A stretch of 24,000 nucleotides of DNA from positions 766,612 to 790,611 of the forward strand of contig NC_015320.1 of the NCBI RefSeq assembly GCF_000194625.1, read 5' to 3'. The DNA comes from Archaeoglobus veneficus SNP6 (GTDB lineage: Archaea; Halobacteriota; Archaeoglobi; Archaeoglobales; Archaeoglobaceae). Position numbers and translations under genes: made by a program. The notes below the pieces were generated by a model that was given only the letters and a program-made list of their open reading frames with translations, searched no databases and had not been told where the DNA came from. Positions 23,526-24,000 of this stretch are shown here, piece after piece. The first letter of the stretch is position 1, and every line of letters starts with the position of its first letter.

Positions 23526-24000
23526 ATGGAGGACGAACTTTTTGGACTCCTGGAGAAGCTGAGCAATGCTCATGGCATAAGCGGGTACGAGGACGAGATA
23601 AGGGAAGTAATAAAGGCTGAACTTGAGGATTTTGTTGACGAGATAAAAATTGACAACCTTGGAAACCTTATTGCGATAAAGAACGGAAGTGAGCAAAAGC
23701 TAATGCTTGCAGCCCACATGGACGAGATAGGTTTTATGGTGAAGTACATCGACGACAGAGGATTCATTCGCGTAACGCCAATCGGTGGTTGGTTCGCTCA
23801 GACAGTTCTCAACCAGCGCGTGATTTTGCATGGGAGCAAAGGCAAGGTTTACGGTGTTTTTGGTTGCAAGCCTCCACACATCATGCAGGAGGATGAGAGG
23901 AAGAAAGTCATCAAGATTAAAGACATGTTCGTTGATGTGGGGGCGTCGAACAAAGACGAAGTCTTGGAAATGGGAATAAACATTGGCACTCCGATAACAG
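23526..24000 (+). CDS. M42-family (TET/FrvX-like) aminopeptidase, N-terminal part (continues off-window)
   Basis: Not in the ORF track because no stop falls in the window. ATG at 23526, preceded by GAAAGGAGGG. MEDELFGLLEKLSNAHGISGYEDEIREVIKAEL...LMLAAHMDEIGFMV is the typical M42 N-terminus. Confidence 0.8.
   Translation, partial: MEDELFGLLEKLSNAHGISGYEDEIREVIKAELEDFVDEIKIDNLGNLIAIKNGSEQKLMLAAHMDEIGFMVKYIDDRGFIRVTPIGGWFAQTVLNQRVILHGSKGKVYGVFGCKPPHIMQEDERKKVIKIKDMFVDVGASNKDEVLEMGINIGTPIT

Noticed and set aside
1-24000. Scan for CRISPR arrays, tRNA/rRNA genes and long tandem repeats
   Set aside because: No regularly spaced direct repeats were seen. No intergenic spacer has the size or sequence of a tRNA, and no rRNA-like segments were seen. 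The largest spacer (6889-7120) is AT-rich promoter and terminator DNA.

Overview
This is an archaeal chromosomal window, probably from an Archaeoglobales-like hyperthermophile. That placement is inferred from gene content: reverse gyrase, GatE, class V FBP aldolase/phosphatase, many KaiC-like ATPases, and TATA boxes about 25 nt upstream of start codons. All product calls rest on motifs read by eye; no database search was possible.

Well-supported genes:
- Minus strand: fbp at 7121-8236, and a tightly packed pyrF-dapF-(Dus-like TIM barrel)-gatE array at 22726 down to 18567.
- Plus strand: rgy at 9846-13055, a beta-CASP RNase, a PHI (SIS) gene, and a partial M42 peptidase at the 3' edge.
- Other calls: a secreted LTD+PLD (two HKD motifs) protein, a Tat-signal SagB-type nitroreductase, and an HhH-GPD protein.

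Mobile DNA:
- A partial IS630-family element lies at the 5' edge. Its OrfA and OrfB are separated by a +1 frame change at an A7 run.
- A complete ~994-bp IS5-family (IS903-like) element with an 8-9 bp target duplication sits inside a KaiC-like gene.

Standout feature: a co-directional block at 8.36-18.57 kb places reverse gyrase between two KaiC+membrane modules.
- Upstream is one KaiC-like ATPase plus a polytopic membrane protein.
- Downstream is a translationally coupled six-gene cluster: an IS-split single-domain KaiC, a double-domain KaiC, a P-loop-less KaiC-fold protein, two paralogous ~200-aa membrane proteins, and a second P-loop-less KaiC-fold protein.
- I consider this the best candidate for an uncharacterised system.

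The first 7 kb also holds several reading-frame lesions: a lipoprotein signal peptide out of frame, a wHTH ORF with no start codon, and a frameshifted GNAT. A visibly AT-rich islet sits next to the IS. I saw no tRNA, rRNA or CRISPR array.
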